64,000 nucleotides of DNA from an uncultured Nitrospinota bacterium (GTDB lineage: Bacteria; Tectomicrobia; Entotheonellia; J063; CAVPRW01). The DNA is taken from NCBI GenBank assembly GCA_963707985.1, contig CAVPRW010000025.1, forward strand, positions 160,156 to 224,155. Direction: 5' to 3'. This document shows positions 43,364 through 54,865 of this stretch, in pieces. Below the pieces are notes generated by a model. It did not search any database. It was not told the origin of the DNA and was given only the letters and a program-made list of their open reading frames with translations. Numbering within the stretch: the stretch's first letter is position 1; each line of letters starts with the position of its first letter. A program made the translations under genes and the position numbers.

Positions 43364-44203
43364 ATGATCGAACATACTGTGACGCTTACCAATGGACGTG
43401 GCCTACCCTTCGCGGTCGATATTCGACGGCCGGTTGGGGCAGGAGCGCGGCCGATCGTCATCGTCTGCCATGGCTTTAAGGGCTTCAAAGACTTTGCGTT
43501 TTTTCCCTATACATCCCGCGAACTCTGCGAGCGAGGTTTTACTGTCGTCACCATGAATTTCTCCGGCAACGGCATCGAGGAGGACCCCCTCAGCTTCACC
43601 GCCCTCGACAAATTTGCGCAGAATACCATCAGCCAGGAACTGGACGATATCGACGCGGTGTTGGATAGCATTGCATCCGGTGTGTTGCTCGGAACTCAGG
43701 GTGATGCGCGACGGATTGGCATTATGGGGCACAGCCGTGGTGGCTGTACCGCGATCGTCAAGGCCGCTCTTGACCCTCGCCTCAAATGTCTGGTGACCTG
43801 GGCCTCGCCGGCCGCCCTGGGTCGGTACTCGGACGAGGTATTGCGGCAATGGAAAGAAGACGGGCACTACAACTTCGTCAATGCACGCACCAAGCAGGAT
43901 ATGTTCGTCAATTACGCCTATCTCGAAGACATCCAAACCAACCGCGAGCGTTATAGCCTGGATCTGGCAGTGTCGCAATTGACCATCCCATACATGACTG
44001 TCCATGGGACCGAGGATGAATCCGTCTCGGTCGAGGCGGCACACCGGCTCCATGGCTATGCCAAAACCGGCCAGGCGGAGCTGGCGCTGGTGGACGGTGG
44101 TACGCATACGTTCAGAACGAAGCACCCATTTGAAGGTTCGACTCCAGCCCTGGATCAGGCCATTGATCGGACCGTCGCTTGGTTTCATCGGTGGCTTGGA
44201 TAG
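43364..44203 (+). CDS. Alpha/beta hydrolase
   Basis: HGFKGFKD, GHSRGG, HGTED, H in GGTH. Confidence 0.88.
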   Translation: MIEHTVTLTNGRGLPFAVDIRRPVGAGARPIVIVCHGFKGFKDFAFFPYTSRELCERGFTVVTMNFSGNGIEEDPLSFTALDKFAQNTISQELDDIDAVLDSIASGVLLGTQGDARRIGIMGHSRGGCTAIVKAALDPRLKCLVTWASPAALGRYSDEVLRQWKEDGHYNFVNARTKQDMFVNYAYLEDIQTNRERYSLDLAVSQLTIPYMTVHGTEDESVSVEAAHRLHGYAKTGQAELALVDGGTHTFRTKHPFEGSTPALDQAIDRTVAWFHRWLG

Positions 44204-44270
44204 CGTGTTTCGCATGCCATGATTTGATCGTTCCCCCCTGCTCTGCTCTTCTCTCGTAGGCGCGCCGCGC

Positions 44271-44380
44271 GATTCTGTCGCACAGTTGCTTTTTCGGAAA
44301 CTGTTGATCTCTGTAAGCCAGTGAATTCCTGACACCTACTTGTGGGATTTTGCCCGAAAATCGAACACTTCGACAGAACC
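44271..44380. mobile_element. 110-bp MITE / IS6-like remnant
   Basis: Left end GATTCTGTCG; right end CGACAGAACC (reverse complement GGTTCTGTCG). Confidence 0.55.
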
Positions 44381-44721
44381 GCCGAGCGTGGGTAGAGGAG
44401 ATGCCGACAGTGATGGTGCCATACAGTTTCGACACCAACGACATGCGTTTCAGTCAAGCAGAGACCTTCCGGCTGGCGTCTGATTTCTCAACCTACCTGA
44501 TCGATGCCTTCGATTGGCTGTGGAAGGAAGGTGAGCGATGGCCGCGTCTGATGTCGGTTGGTCTGCACCTACGGATCATCGGCCGCCCAGGCCGAATCGG
44601 CGGTCTGGAGCGGTTCCTCGCACACCTCCACCAGCACAAGGAAGCCGTGTGGATCGCCCGGCGGGACGAGATCGCGCGGCATTGGCGGCGACGCATGGGA
44701 TTGCCGCCGCTAGCGGAATGA
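44381..44721 (+). pseudogene. C-terminal fragment of a PuuE-like deacetylase
   Basis: VPYSFDTNDMRF...DAFDWLWKEG...MSVGLHLRIIGRPGR; N-terminal part missing at the MITE boundary. Confidence 0.8.
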
Positions 44722-44862
44722 CAACCGACCGGCGGACATTCCAAAAGGTGATATACTACTGCGAGGTGTGTGTTAGGGCCAGACGCTTTGCCGTTTGTGC
44801 CATTGCGCCTATCGTTGCACGCTCGCCTTCATGCACATGGGCATCCCAACAGGAGATGGCAT

Positions 44863-45231
44863 ATGGACGCACAGGTTCAGAATGCCCTTGAACATGACTA
44901 TCTCATCGACATCACTACCAGGGGGCGGAAAACCGGGCAACCTCATCGCATCGAGATACGGTTCCACAATATCGAGGGCCATTTGTATATCACGGGAAGA
45001 CCGCCAAGACCACGCGATTGGTACGCCAACCTGCTGACACATCCTGAGCTCACCTTCCATCTGAAGCAGAGTGTGCGAGTAGACCTCCCCGCCAGAGCCA
45101 CCCCGATTCTGGATCAGGCCAAACGCCGCATAATCCTCAGCGCTATTCATCAGAAACTTGGCAGATATCAAGACATCGAGGCATGGGTCGAAAGCAGTCC
45201 TTTGGTCGCTGTGGATCTCCTGGTCAACTAG
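44863..45231 (+). CDS. Deazaflavin-dependent nitroreductase-like (DDN/DUF385-like) protein
   Basis: ITTRGRKTG, RDWYANL..HP; AGGAG RBS. Confidence 0.75.
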   Translation: MDAQVQNALEHDYLIDITTRGRKTGQPHRIEIRFHNIEGHLYITGRPPRPRDWYANLLTHPELTFHLKQSVRVDLPARATPILDQAKRRIILSAIHQKLGRYQDIEAWVESSPLVAVDLLVN

Positions 45232-45526
45232 GCTGACTGCTATTGCGTATGGCTCGTACCCAATTATCCCGAATGACCTACCTGGCGGCGAAAGCTCGGC
45301 CTTCGTGTGGACATTCCGAGCCCAGCAATGTGCCGTCGGTTTGGCGTTGCTCAACAGCCCTTCCTAATGGGCTGGGGCAGTGGCGATTGGAAGTCTCTCT
45401 TTATCACCACGTTCCATGAGTTAGCTTGCATCCGGATGAACATTGCAGGAGTGCCGGTGCCACGACGGATCTAAAGGATCGACGCGTGCCGCATATGGCT
45501 ATATCGCTGGCTGGAGGAGGGATGAT

Positions 45527-47071
45527 ATGCGATATGACGTGATTGTCATTGGTGCAGGGTCGGCTGGCTGTGTGCTCGCGGCTCGCCTGTCGGAGGACCC
45601 GAACCGGTCGGTGCTCCTGCTCGAGGCTGGACCCGATTTCCCGAATTTCGAATATCTCCCCGATGACCTCAAGCTCGGCAATAACATGTGGTTGTCCGCC
45701 TATGGTCCCCATAGCTGGGGTTTTGTCGCCACCGTCACCCCACAACAAACCCAGCTCACCATCCCGCGCGGCAAGGCGACCGGCGGCTCCAGCGCCATCA
45801 ACGGGCAGGTTCTCTACCGCGGCATCCCGGAGGACTACGATAACTGGGCCTCTTGGGGCAATGATGAGTGGTCGTATCTGAAAGTCCTGCCCTACTTCCG
45901 CAAGATGGAAAATGACCTGGATTTTCGGGGGGACTTCCACGGTTCTAGTGGACCCGTTCCCGTACGTCGCTACAAGCGCGAGGAATGGCTACCACATGCC
46001 GTCGCCTTTCATCAAGCGTGCCTGTCCGCTGGCTTTCCCGATGATCCGGACCAAAATCACCCCGAGTCCACCGGCATCTCGCCCCGAGCGCGTAATACCC
46101 TCGATGGGGTGCGCATCAGTATGGCCCTGGCATATCTCGATCCGGCTCGCCACCGGCTGAATCTAACCATCAGGTCGAACGTCATGGCCCGGCGTCTGCT
46201 GTTTAACGGCCACCAAGCTGTCGGGGTCGAAGTCGAGAGCGGCGGGGAACGGTTCACCGTTGAGGGTGACCAGATCGTGATCAGCAGTGGCGCCATCGGC
46301 TCGCCCCATCTGCTTCTGCTTTCCGGTGTTGGTCCGGCGGCCCAGCTCCAGGGCGTTGGCGTCGATGTGCAGCATGACCTGCCAGGCGTCGGCCACAATC
46401 TGCGCGATCATCCCTCTGCTGTTGTGCTCCTGCGGGTGGCAGGTGAGAAGCCCGATGTCCAGGCTCCGGCCATCCAGGTCGGGTTGCGCTATACTGTCGA
46501 GGGGTCCTATCTGCGCAATGATATGCAAATTACCCCCATCCTGATGACCAGCGAGCATCGACCCGTCCAAGTGGTCATCGCTGATGACGACAACTACCTC
46601 GGACTCAGTTGCAGTCTTCAGCTCGCCCTCGGAGCTGGTGAGTTACGGCTAACTTCCGCCGATCCCCACGTGCAGCCGCTTCTGGACTATAACTACCTCA
46701 CCGATCCCTTCGACCGTGAGCGCATGCGCCAAGCCATCCGATTGGCGATCCGTATAGCCGAAGACCCAGCGTTCAAAGACCTCGTCATCGAGCGTATCTT
46801 GCCCGCCGATGCCGACCTGACCTCGGATGATGCCCTGGATGACTGGCTGATGCGCAACCTTGGGACCTCCCATCACATCTCGGGCACCTGCAAAATGGGA
46901 CTGGCCTCGGACTCGATGGCGGTGGTCAATCAATACGGACGCGTCCATGGGCTCGACGGCCTGTGGGTGGCCGATGCTTCCATCATGCCTGATTGCATTC
47001 GCGCGAATACCAATGCGACCACCATCATGATTGGGGAGCGCGTGGCAGATTTTATCAAAGCGGGGAAATAA
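45527..47071 (+). CDS. GMC oxidoreductase (choline dehydrogenase/MftG-like)
   Basis: GAGSAG, GGSSAING, LLLLSGVG, HISGTCKMG, NTNATT. Confidence 0.92.
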   Translation: MRYDVIVIGAGSAGCVLAARLSEDPNRSVLLLEAGPDFPNFEYLPDDLKLGNNMWLSAYGPHSWGFVATVTPQQTQLTIPRGKATGGSSAINGQVLYRGIPEDYDNWASWGNDEWSYLKVLPYFRKMENDLDFRGDFHGSSGPVPVRRYKREEWLPHAVAFHQACLSAGFPDDPDQNHPESTGISPRARNTLDGVRISMALAYLDPARHRLNLTIRSNVMARRLLFNGHQAVGVEVESGGERFTVEGDQIVISSGAIGSPHLLLLSGVGPAAQLQGVGVDVQHDLPGVGHNLRDHPSAVVLLRVAGEKPDVQAPAIQVGLRYTVEGSYLRNDMQITPILMTSEHRPVQVVIADDDNYLGLSCSLQLALGAGELRLTSADPHVQPLLDYNYLTDPFDRERMRQAIRLAIRIAEDPAFKDLVIERILPADADLTSDDALDDWLMRNLGTSHHISGTCKMGLASDSMAVVNQYGRVHGLDGLWVADASIMPDCIRANTNATTIMIGERVADFIKAGK

Positions 47072-47123
47072 GCAGGGTAGAGCGAGCCTGTGACAGACAG
47101 CCATGAGAGCGGAAGGGAGAAGC

Positions 47124-48278
47124 ATGAACGAGATACCCTTGACGATCGAGGTGCCGGATGCCGTGCTGGACGATCTGGACCGCCGCCTAGAAGCGACCCG
47201 CTGGCCTGACGAGATTGCTGGGGCGGACTGGGACTACGGCACCAGCCTGGGTTATGTGCAGGCGCTGGTGGAGTATTGGCGCACTCGGTTTGACTGGAAA
47301 GCACAAGAACGGCGGATTAACGCCTTCCATCATTACAAGACCGTCGTTGATGGGCTTGGCATACACTTCATTCATGAGCCAGGCCAGGGTCCCAACCCCA
47401 TGCCCTTGATCATGACACATGGCTGGCCCGGATCGTTTTTCGAGATGTACAAGATCATCCCACTACTCGCGGATCCGAGCAGCCATGGCGGTGACCCTGC
47501 CGATGCCTTTGATGTCGTGGTGCCATCCATGCCCGGCTACGGCTTCTCGGATCACTCGGCGCAGCGTGGCATGCACGTCTTCAAGGTTGCTGACCTGTGG
47601 GCAAAGCTGATGACCGAGGGGCTGGGGTATCGACGCTTTGGCGCCCAAGGGGGTGATTGGGGGGCCAGCGTGACTTCCTATCTAGGGTTTGCCTATCCCC
47701 ACAACCTGATAGGTATCCATGTCACCTCGATGACGCGGCCGACACCATATCTTGGCCCCGGCTCCAGCGCTCTGTCGGCAGCCGAAAAGGCCTACCTGGC
47801 GCAGCGCGAGGCCTGGTTGCAGGCTGAAGGAGGCTACTCACACATTCAGGGCACTAAGCCTCAGACGCTGTCTTATGGCCTCAACGACTCACCCGCGGGA
47901 CTGGCGGCCTGGATCGTTGAAAAGTACCGCACCTGGAGTGACTGCCACGGAGACATTGAAAGTCGATTCACCAAGGATGAGCTGCTCACGACCATTACGC
48001 TCTATTGGGTCACCCAAACGATCCATTCGTCCACTCGGCTGTACTATGAGACGCTACGCCAACCGTGGACCCTGCACCAGGACGAGCGCATCGTCGTGCC
48101 ATCAGCCATGGCGGCCTTCCCAAAGGAGATCAGCCGGCCGCCCAGGGAGTGGGGCGAGCGCTCCTTCAATGTCCAACGTTGGACCGAGATGCCTCGCGGC
48201 GGCCATTTCGCTGCCCTCGAGGAGCCTGAATTGCTGGCCAATGACATTCGCGCCTTCTTTCGCCCTCTGAGAGATTGA
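47124..48278 (+). CDS. Epoxide hydrolase (microsomal type)
   Basis: HGWPGSF, QGGDWG, LNDSPAGL, GGHFAALEEP. Confidence 0.93.
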   Translation: MNEIPLTIEVPDAVLDDLDRRLEATRWPDEIAGADWDYGTSLGYVQALVEYWRTRFDWKAQERRINAFHHYKTVVDGLGIHFIHEPGQGPNPMPLIMTHGWPGSFFEMYKIIPLLADPSSHGGDPADAFDVVVPSMPGYGFSDHSAQRGMHVFKVADLWAKLMTEGLGYRRFGAQGGDWGASVTSYLGFAYPHNLIGIHVTSMTRPTPYLGPGSSALSAAEKAYLAQREAWLQAEGGYSHIQGTKPQTLSYGLNDSPAGLAAWIVEKYRTWSDCHGDIESRFTKDELLTTITLYWVTQTIHSSTRLYYETLRQPWTLHQDERIVVPSAMAAFPKEISRPPREWGERSFNVQRWTEMPRGGHFAALEEPELLANDIRAFFRPLRD

Positions 48279-48368
48279 AACGCGGCCTGCCCAGACTTCG
48301 TACAGCGATGGAGTTCGCTAACGCCTGGCCCACCGCGTGAGCTCTCTGGGAACAGCCGTAGGCTCCTC

Positions 48369-49109
48369 TCATCCATGGTATCGTTCCACGGCTCCGCGCC
48401 GCTGCAGATACCACGCGGCCAACCAGCAGAGCAGGCCCCAGACCAGACCCACTACCCAGCCGGCGAGCACATCCGTCGGGTAATGTACGCCCAGATAGAC
48501 CCGGCTGAGACCGACCAGGAAGGCAAGAGCCATCATGACTCCGAGGAAGTAGACCTTCAGCAAGAGCCTGGGCTCGAGCCGGGCGAGCAGAATCCCCAGG
48601 GTAAGATACACCACTGCTGCCAACACAGCATGGCCGCTGGGGAAGCTGGGACTGCTCACCCAGAGGCAAGGCAGTGGTTCTGGACGCTCCCGAGCAAAGA
48701 TCTCCTTCAGTAAGCGGCCGAGCAAGCCCCCACCAGAGATGGCCACCACCACGAACCAGAACGCCCCATACCTTCGCTGGAGCCACAAGTAGCCGAGCAC
48801 AACCGCGGTCAGGAGGGCAACCACAGCCGGGCTGCCAAAGGCCGTAACGTCGCGGCCGACCTCCACGAGCCAGCGGGGCCCCCGAGGCCAGGCCGGGTCC
48901 TCCGGGGACCGCAAGGCCTGGAGGAACCAGCGATCGAACGCCTGGGTGTCACCTTCAAGCACCTCGCCTGCCAACCCTACGAAGATCCACGTCCCGGCGA
49001 CGACCACGAGCGCCACCAGCAACAACTGAACGAGTTCGTCTTGGGCCATGCGCCAGAGCAAGTGAAGCCACTGGCTGTGTTGTTTCCCACGGTGTCGCTG
49101 TACCGACAT
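48369..49109 (-). CDS. PAP2-family phosphatase
   Basis: K..FARERP, FPSGH, SRVYLGVHYPTDV. Confidence 0.92.
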   Translation of the reverse strand: MSVQRHRGKQHSQWLHLLWRMAQDELVQLLLVALVVVAGTWIFVGLAGEVLEGDTQAFDRWFLQALRSPEDPAWPRGPRWLVEVGRDVTAFGSPAVVALLTAVVLGYLWLQRRYGAFWFVVVAISGGGLLGRLLKEIFARERPEPLPCLWVSSPSFPSGHAVLAAVVYLTLGILLARLEPRLLLKVYFLGVMMALAFLVGLSRVYLGVHYPTDVLAGWVVGLVWGLLCWLAAWYLQRRGAVERYHG

Positions 49110-49622
49110 GCGAAACGTCCCTCCATCAAATAATATCTAACACTGAATAATACTATTCATTAATATCCGATTAATGTCATTTATGATAAATATATGTTCA
49201 AATTCATGCAACCCAAACATATACCGCATCAAGATGATCCCTGTGTCGATCATCACAATCGTAGGGGTGGAACTCTATGGCAGTTCGATGACACGTCTGG
49301 AAGTCACGACCCCGGCTGTGGACAGTTGTCATCGCTGGGTCATGGGGTTTGTCGTGCGGCGGCGGCGCAGGGCCAAAGCGGTTCAAGAGATTCTGGGGGA
49401 CGGCTCTAGGGGTGTCTGGTGACGGATCAGTGGAACGCACACAATTGTGCTGGCGCACAACTCTTGAGCAATGCCCATGCGATTGGAACAGCTGTCGCTT
49501 TGAGCTCGTGACAATGTTGACGCCGCTGCCTGGGCATCGATTTCTGCTCTCCGAAGCTCTCACACCTCTGACGTATGCGGCAGACCATTTATGGAGGTAC
49601 ATCGTACCAGCGGCCACACCGG

Positions 49623-50492
49623 TCAGAACGTTGCGCTCGATGTCAGATAGTGCTCGATGATCTCGCTTCCGGTCGCGCGCCATACACCCTCGTGACGCAG
49701 GATGTACGCCAGCGCCGAGTCAAGCGCACCGATTCGGTGCGGCACGCCGATGACGAACGGGTGCACACAGATCGCCATGACACGTCCCGACTGCGCGCCC
49801 TCACGGTAGAGCGTGTCAAACTGGCGGCAGATCATCCGTTCGAACTCGTCCGATGACCGGCCGGCACGGATGATTTGGGGCAGATCGTTGATCTCGGTCG
49901 AGTATGGGATCGAACAGAGAGGCTTTCCACCGACGTGCATCACGTAGGGTTGGTCATCGTTCACCCAGTCGGCGACGTAGCGAGCTCCAGCTTCCGCGAG
50001 GTAGTCGAGCGTCTGCCAGCTCTCCTGGAGGCCGGACGATAACCAGCCCTTCGGCCGCGTGCCCGTCGCCTTCTCGATCCGCTCGAAGGTATCGAACACG
50101 ACGTGGCGTTCCTCTTCCGGCGACATGAGATGCAGGTAGCGCGAGTTGCTCTGGTTGTGACCCATGAATTCCCAGCCGAGCCTGACCGCATCTTCCACGA
50201 TCGGGGGATAATCGTCGCAGACCTCGCTGTTGAGCGCGACGGTCCCGCGAATGCCGTGCCGTGCGAGCACCTCCATGATCCGAAAGATGCCCACCCGATT
50301 GCCATAGTCACGCGGGGCCCAGTTGATGAGGTCAGGCGTCCTGCCCGTCCCCCCCGGTACCGGCTCATCCAGCGGAAAGGTCTCAATGTTGGGGATGACC
50401 CAAAGGGCCACGCGTGCCCTGTGTGGCCAGGCGATCGTGGGGCGGCGGTTGATCGGCACATAGGGGAACGGACCATAGCGTTGTGGTTGCAT
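49623..50492 (-). CDS. Polysaccharide deacetylase (CE4/PuuE-like)
   Basis: DYGNRVGIFR, DWVNDDQP, HPFVIGVPHR. Confidence 0.88.
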   Translation of the reverse strand: MQPQRYGPFPYVPINRRPTIAWPHRARVALWVIPNIETFPLDEPVPGGTGRTPDLINWAPRDYGNRVGIFRIMEVLARHGIRGTVALNSEVCDDYPPIVEDAVRLGWEFMGHNQSNSRYLHLMSPEEERHVVFDTFERIEKATGTRPKGWLSSGLQESWQTLDYLAEAGARYVADWVNDDQPYVMHVGGKPLCSIPYSTEINDLPQIIRAGRSSDEFERMICRQFDTLYREGAQSGRVMAICVHPFVIGVPHRIGALDSALAYILRHEGVWRATGSEIIEHYLTSSATF

Positions 50493-50609
50493 CAGCTTCT
50501 CCTCCGTGGCAGCTCATCGATCTGCGGCAGCCTGCTCTGAAAGTGTTTGCGGATCATTAGAGTTCATCCCGATTTAAACCATTGGCGTCCGTGACGGCGG
50601 GGGAACGGG

Positions 50610-50934
50610 ATGGTAGACCATCTGCAGTTTTACGGCCTCCTCGTGCTCGGACTGCTGTGTCTGGGCATGACCTTCTCTTGGCTGTGGCTGCAGTGCCAGG
50701 CCGCAACGGACCTCGCCCGTCACCCGCCTATCAAGCGTTCCACGAGGCGTTCAACTGACCCAAAGCCGTTTCGGGCTTCACCGCCAAGCCCACCTGTGCT
50801 CCCTGTGAGCAGGCATAGGCGCACGCAACTCCGCCACCTGACGGACTACCACCGCTGATCGTGGCCACGCGTGGCCGCCCGCGCCAGGTAACCACCCAGC
50901 AGCATTATGCCCCGAGAAAACATGCGTCTATGAT
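50610..50934 (+). pseudogene. N-terminal remnant of a probable IS1-like transposase
   Basis: Hydrophobic start, PKPF.G.T.KP.C..CE and RGRPRQV across frameshifts; family assignment from recall. Confidence 0.4.
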
Positions 50935-51106
50935 GGTAATGTCAACTTAACGGTTACATCTGCAAAATGAGGTCGTTATCTGGGATGCCGAGCGCATTTC
51001 GAGGACCATTTTATCACCTTCAGTGGGATGTCTGAGCTCAATAAGTGGATTCCAGACCCTCAGAGCGGGAGAAGTTTTATAGCTCACAAGTTAAATTGAC
51101 AATGCC
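50935..51106. mobile_element. 172-bp MITE with IS6-like terminal inverted repeats
   Basis: GGTAATGTCAACTTAAC versus right-end reverse complement GGCATTGTCAATTTAAC (14/17). Confidence 0.6.
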
Positions 51107-51257
51107 TGTGAGACAGACCATGTTTCCGAATTTTTCTCAGTCCCGAGGCCGAGTATGTTGGATTGGTTCCATATATCCATGCGCCTCACGGGGCTCTGTC
51201 GCAATTTTCAATTTCGGAGGCAAAATCCGAAAACCAGGTATCGGCAATTCAATGATT

Positions 51258-52615
51258 CTGACTCTAGCGGATTTCGTGGTTGGTGAAGAGCCTTTGCAAA
51301 CAAGAGGATGATTCCACCGCTGACCCCATCCTGTGGGGGTGTCGAAACCGCAGCGTGGGGAGGAAGTGATGGAACCCTCCCGGGGAAAAAGTATCTGCGT
51401 GCCCTTCGCAAGCGAAGACCACTCTACGGCCTGTGTCGCCGAGCCGGAGTGCGTGCGCCAGCATCTTGGAGCGCGGCACAGGGAGCCTCCGGCACGGTTG
51501 CCCGAGCGCTTCGCCGAGGGCTTCAGGTTCCACGACCAGCGCTGGTCGATCAAGCAGCCGCTCTGGACGCGCCGCATCGAGCTCACGGCCACGGGGCAGC
51601 TCTTGCAGAGACGACCCTCGTGCCTGCTGCCTTCCATGGTCGCCCGTACCGACGAGGGGGAGAAGGCCCTCGACCTGCGCCACTGGGGCGTGCCCTGCGC
51701 CGCGCTCTGCGACGTGTGCGGACGCAGCCCGATGGTCTGGTCTCGAGCCGAAGTCGCTTTGGGACGGCCCTCCATCGTCGGCAGCACCGTCAAGCAGCCC
51801 CAGAGGCGGCCCGAGGACCTGCTCGCCGACGAGAAGCCTACCTGGGCGTTCGGGCACACAGGTCTAGGTGCCAACCACGGTGGGCGGCGGCGGCCTCCTC
51901 GGTGCCGCCGTGGCCGAAGCGGCCTCGGCCGAAGCTCTGGAGGCCGCGTCTGGAGCGTGTGCCCACGAGGCCCGCACGCTTTGGCCTGCCGACCGCCCTC
52001 AGACGGTGTGCACTGACGGCTGGGACGCCACGCCAAGCGCCTGGAAGAGCCTCTTTCCGGCCGTCTGCAGCATCCTGTGTTGCCTGCACGCGGTCCGCAA
52101 CGTCGCCGAGCGCGGTGGGCGCGACCTTGCGCTGCGCACGCTCGTCCTGGACCGGGGCTGGGAGGTCGATGACGCATGCACAAGAGCCCAGTGCTCTCAG
52201 CGGCTGCGCCGTCTGCGCGAGTGGGCGACGACGCGCCTGTCCGAGGGGGCCGTCCGGGACATGGTCCTCAAGCTCGGCCGCCAGGGCCCACAGTTCGTGC
52301 ACGCGTACCGCTTCCCTACAGCGCATCGGACCTCCAAGGCCCTCGATCGGCTCATGAACCATCAGGACCGGCGGCTCTCTGCGATGCGCGACTGGCACGG
52401 CACACCCGAAAGCGCCCGCCTGGCCGTGCGTGCCATGGCCTGCAGTGGAACTTCCATCCGTACGGGGCCCGCTGTCGCGGCGACGATCGGACGCGCCGCT
52501 CGCCCTTCCACGACCGTAACGGCTTCGAGTATCACCCCCACTGGCTTCACAACCTGCTCATGGCCTCCTCCATGGGAGGACGAAGATGATGAACCACGAA
52601 ATCCGATAGAGTCAG
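51258..52615 (+). mobile_element. 1358-bp IS with 24-bp TIRs and a frameshifted DDE transposase
   Basis: CTGACTCTAGCGGATTTCGTGGTT / AACCACGAAATCCGATAGAGTCAG (23/24); LLADEK, TDGW, CCLH. Confidence 0.8.
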
Positions 52616-52629
52616 CAGCGCTCTTGGCG

Positions 52630-53000
52630 TTACGGCGGGCCCATGCGCCGTATGTGCTCCCCGGCAAGAAGCCAGGGCGATGCTCGGTTTGGCTGGGGGC
52701 GCTGCCATGCATGTGTAGCAATGTCGTATGATTCGATTTAGCCTACGTGACAGCCCCCGAGGCACGGCCGCAGACGGTCTATAAGGATGAAGCGTCGTCA
52801 CGGCTGATCGTGTGTGGGGAACGATCCCTGCGTCATGCCCTCACAGAGTCTGTGTCCCATGCTCATGAGGAGCGTCCACATGAGGGTAAAGGGAGTGTTG
52901 TGCTCTTTCCCTGGTCAAGCCAAGGAAGGATGGGTGATAGCCCGATCCCGCGCGGGACACGGCTCGGTGGGCTGCTCACGTAGTACCACCGTGAGGCCCT
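52630..53000 (+). pseudogene. Integrase-core (rve) transposase C-terminal remnant
   Basis: GERSLRHAL...HEERPH.GKG...RLGGLL. Confidence 0.6.
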
Positions 53001-54865
53001 GTGGGTTTTTTTGACCTCACGGGATCACGGTTTCTTGCCGAAGTTGGGCTGCAATACCACCTCCATGATAGAGGCCTTCCTGTAACGCCAACGCGATCAC
53101 TAAACAGTCACTCGGGCACTTCCGCTAGTAAGGAGCCCATCCTCGCCTCTAAGCCACATCAGGACTGCGGACCTGTTGTGAATATTGATGGGACTTTGAT
53201 AGGAAAATCAGGTCACTTCGGGGATTCAGGGGAACTCGTAAACCGAGAGTTTCATCAATAAAAAAGGTGGATTAGCTTGCCATTCAGCGATTTGCCAATT
53301 CCCCTCGGATCGGATTAGGCATCCCTTGTATGATCCGCCTGAGCTCCGGAGGCACCAGGCATTTTCAAACGTTTGCGCCCTGCCAAGTAAGCGGCGCTAG
53401 TTGAACCTTAACAATCTTTAGAGGTATGGTCAACACTGCTTACGAGCTTGACTTGGACCTTCTCCCAGAGGGGGTGGGAATGGAGTCGGTAGCGGCCGTG
53501 CACATCTTTGACAGACGTGCACGGCATGGGACAGCGCTTTGCCAGAGAGCATATCCTTGGAAGATAAATTAGAACTATATTCATCAATTGATCCTTACTC
53601 AAATCATATAAAAGTTTATTCTATTATTTCAAGGTAATATATTTTTATTCTTTTTTATGTATCATTATCATAATTTATAAAATATTAATAATGCTAGTCA
53701 TACCTGAGAAAATAGGGTCACACTGTTTCAACCACACCTATTAGTTTGGATTTTCATGATTAAAATCAGCCTATTATCTTCTCAGTATAGGCCTATGTGA
53801 GAAGGTATTTTTAGGCTTTTTAGTTGACAGTCATACCATGCTGTGGTACATGAGACTACAGATATACGGTCTTACCCCATCGGGTAGAGATGTCACGAAC
53901 CACCTGAACGTGCTGGGTCGAACGAACTTCTCAGCTCTGGTTGTCTCGCAGCTTGAAGACTTTTGCGCGGTGGTTACAAGAGCTTTCAATCTAGATCGGT
54001 AGGGAGGTTTGTTACGAGCTATTCAAAATTGGCAGCATGACTAGAAGACTGACTATTGGTGCTGGCAGGGGGTTTTTGAGTTTTTCGGAGCAAGTGGACA
54101 GCATTTCGAGCGGATAAGGACGGGTCTGATTTTCTCATCGGAACTCTTGGGTGGGCTATCGGCTTAGCTTACGAAGAAAGACTTTGGCGACACCTGGTTG
54201 GTTGTTGGGGGTAGCATCTACAGCGATGGGCCAAAAAGTCGGGAAGATAACAGGACCGGGGGTAGTCATTCGGGTCGGTCAATTATCCCGTCTACTAGGA
54301 GATAGTCTGTCGTCTGTGTCCCACAGAGAAAATGTCTGCTGTGCGATTTGCCTTCCAAAAACAAACAGCGATTTCCTATTGTCCACGCTAGATACCGCTT
54401 CAAAGATCCGTAGCGTGATGGTATTCGCAAAAGCATTGCAATATTGCCGTGAGTCGCATGGTAATGCCCCGCTTGCAAATTTCGCTGTGGCTGCCGGTCA
54501 TGTCCGAGAAGCTCCGTTCGTACTAAAGGGGATCGGGAAGTTTCGATGGTCCATGCATCGAGGCGTGGGCTAGTCCCTTTCTCCATACCTGAAGTCCTGC
54601 GGGGCTTGGAATATGTGCTTGAGAATATGGTCACGTCAAAAAGTATCCAGTAGAGTCTTGCCGTACAGTGTTGCCATGAATTACTTGCATGATGGGGGAA
54701 TAGCTGATCAGGAAATATGCTCTTACCAAAGTACCAAGCGTTGACGCCGCAGCCCTACCAGCGCCGATTTTATCGCCGGTATCATGTTCGTTCTGGTCGG
54801 AAGATTGGAAGAGTTGAATTACAAACGTCGACGCTGAGGTAAACACTCTCGCCCCAGTTGGCGGG

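Noticed and set aside
33321..44335. Long antisense ORFs (e.g. 33321-34220, 40433-41266, 43403-44335)
   Set aside because: These are shadow frames of well-supported genes in GC-rich DNA and carry no motifs of their own.
53824..53852. Sigma70 promoter TTGACA-17-TACATG after the AT-rich tract
   Set aside because: The -10 box lacks the conserved final T, and there is no clear downstream gene.
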